From the NCBI RefSeq assembly GCF_006345805.1, contig NC_043007.1:44640001-44704000 (forward strand): DNA of 64,000 nucleotides, read 5' to 3'. Position numbers and translations under genes: made by a program. The stretch comes from Octopus sinensis (lineage: Eukaryota). The notes under the pieces were generated by a model. The model ran no database searches. It had not been told where the DNA came from and saw only the letters and a program-made list of their open reading frames with translations. Position 1 is the stretch's first letter, and every line of letters begins with the position of its first letter. Below, piece by piece: positions 63,501 through 64,000 of this stretch.

Positions 63501-64000
63501 ATATCTCATTTTAACAGCTAAAGGAAATAATCCATTCCTTTTCCTAAATCATTTGGTATAAATCAACTTGAGTATGCTTATTTCTTAGTATTTGGACAGT
63601 TAGAGTACTACCCTTAAAAAAGTAAATAGTATTTCCCTAAACAATAGATCCTCTTATTTCGGTTAGTGACTTATTCACGAATATACCAACACTAGCGCCA
63701 CTGAGGGTAATATTCTCTGTGAATGCACAAAAGCCCTTTTCAGAGTTATTTACTTTGAATTGCTATTGTCTCATATCTGATTGGCTTATGCTTCACGATT
63801 TTAGTATACATACCATATTAGTATTTCCTCCTAAGTTATATTATACTCTGGGAATGCATTAAAGTCCTTTTCAGGGCTACTTTATTTGAATTCTTACTAT
63901 CGGGTAACTAATTTCATGTTATTACATAACTGATTTCACAATTCGGGTATTCATAACTTATTGGGAATTCCTAAAAACAAGATCCTGCGCTAGACAGTTC

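Overview
AT-rich eukaryotic DNA saturated with microsatellites and transposable elements. The SINE, RTE and R4 families and the (TA)n/(CA)n/(ATT)n load point to an octopod cephalopod (inference from family recognition, no database search). I could not support any host protein-coding exon, tRNA/rRNA gene or CRISPR array, so the window reads as intergenic or deep-intronic. Content: three families of tRNA-derived SINEs; fragments of RTE, CR1, L1/Tx1 and R4/Dong LINEs; Tc1, mariner, Tigger, pogo, MULE and Helitron relics; several MITEs; and many Penelope-like elements (PLEs), including a near full-length Neptune-type RT+GIY-YIG element at 51.8-57.3 kb. The most striking signals are: (i) about ten type-I hammerhead-ribozyme (HHR) motifs from several PLE-terminus families, including two with a compensatory U3-A8 core and a perfect 96-bp inverted HHR pair bracketing one PLE; (ii) a perfect 290-bp palindrome at 57418-57707; (iii) an inverted pair of HHR repeats whose internal TAA tracts were each hit by a different LINE; (iv) kilobase-scale microsatellite tracts inside PLE 3' regions; (v) repeated 21-26 nt exact copies from loci 0.25-3.4 kb away, resembling templated repair insertions. 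Most ORFs in the supplied track are translations of simple repeats. Boundaries of degraded elements are approximate (read by eye).
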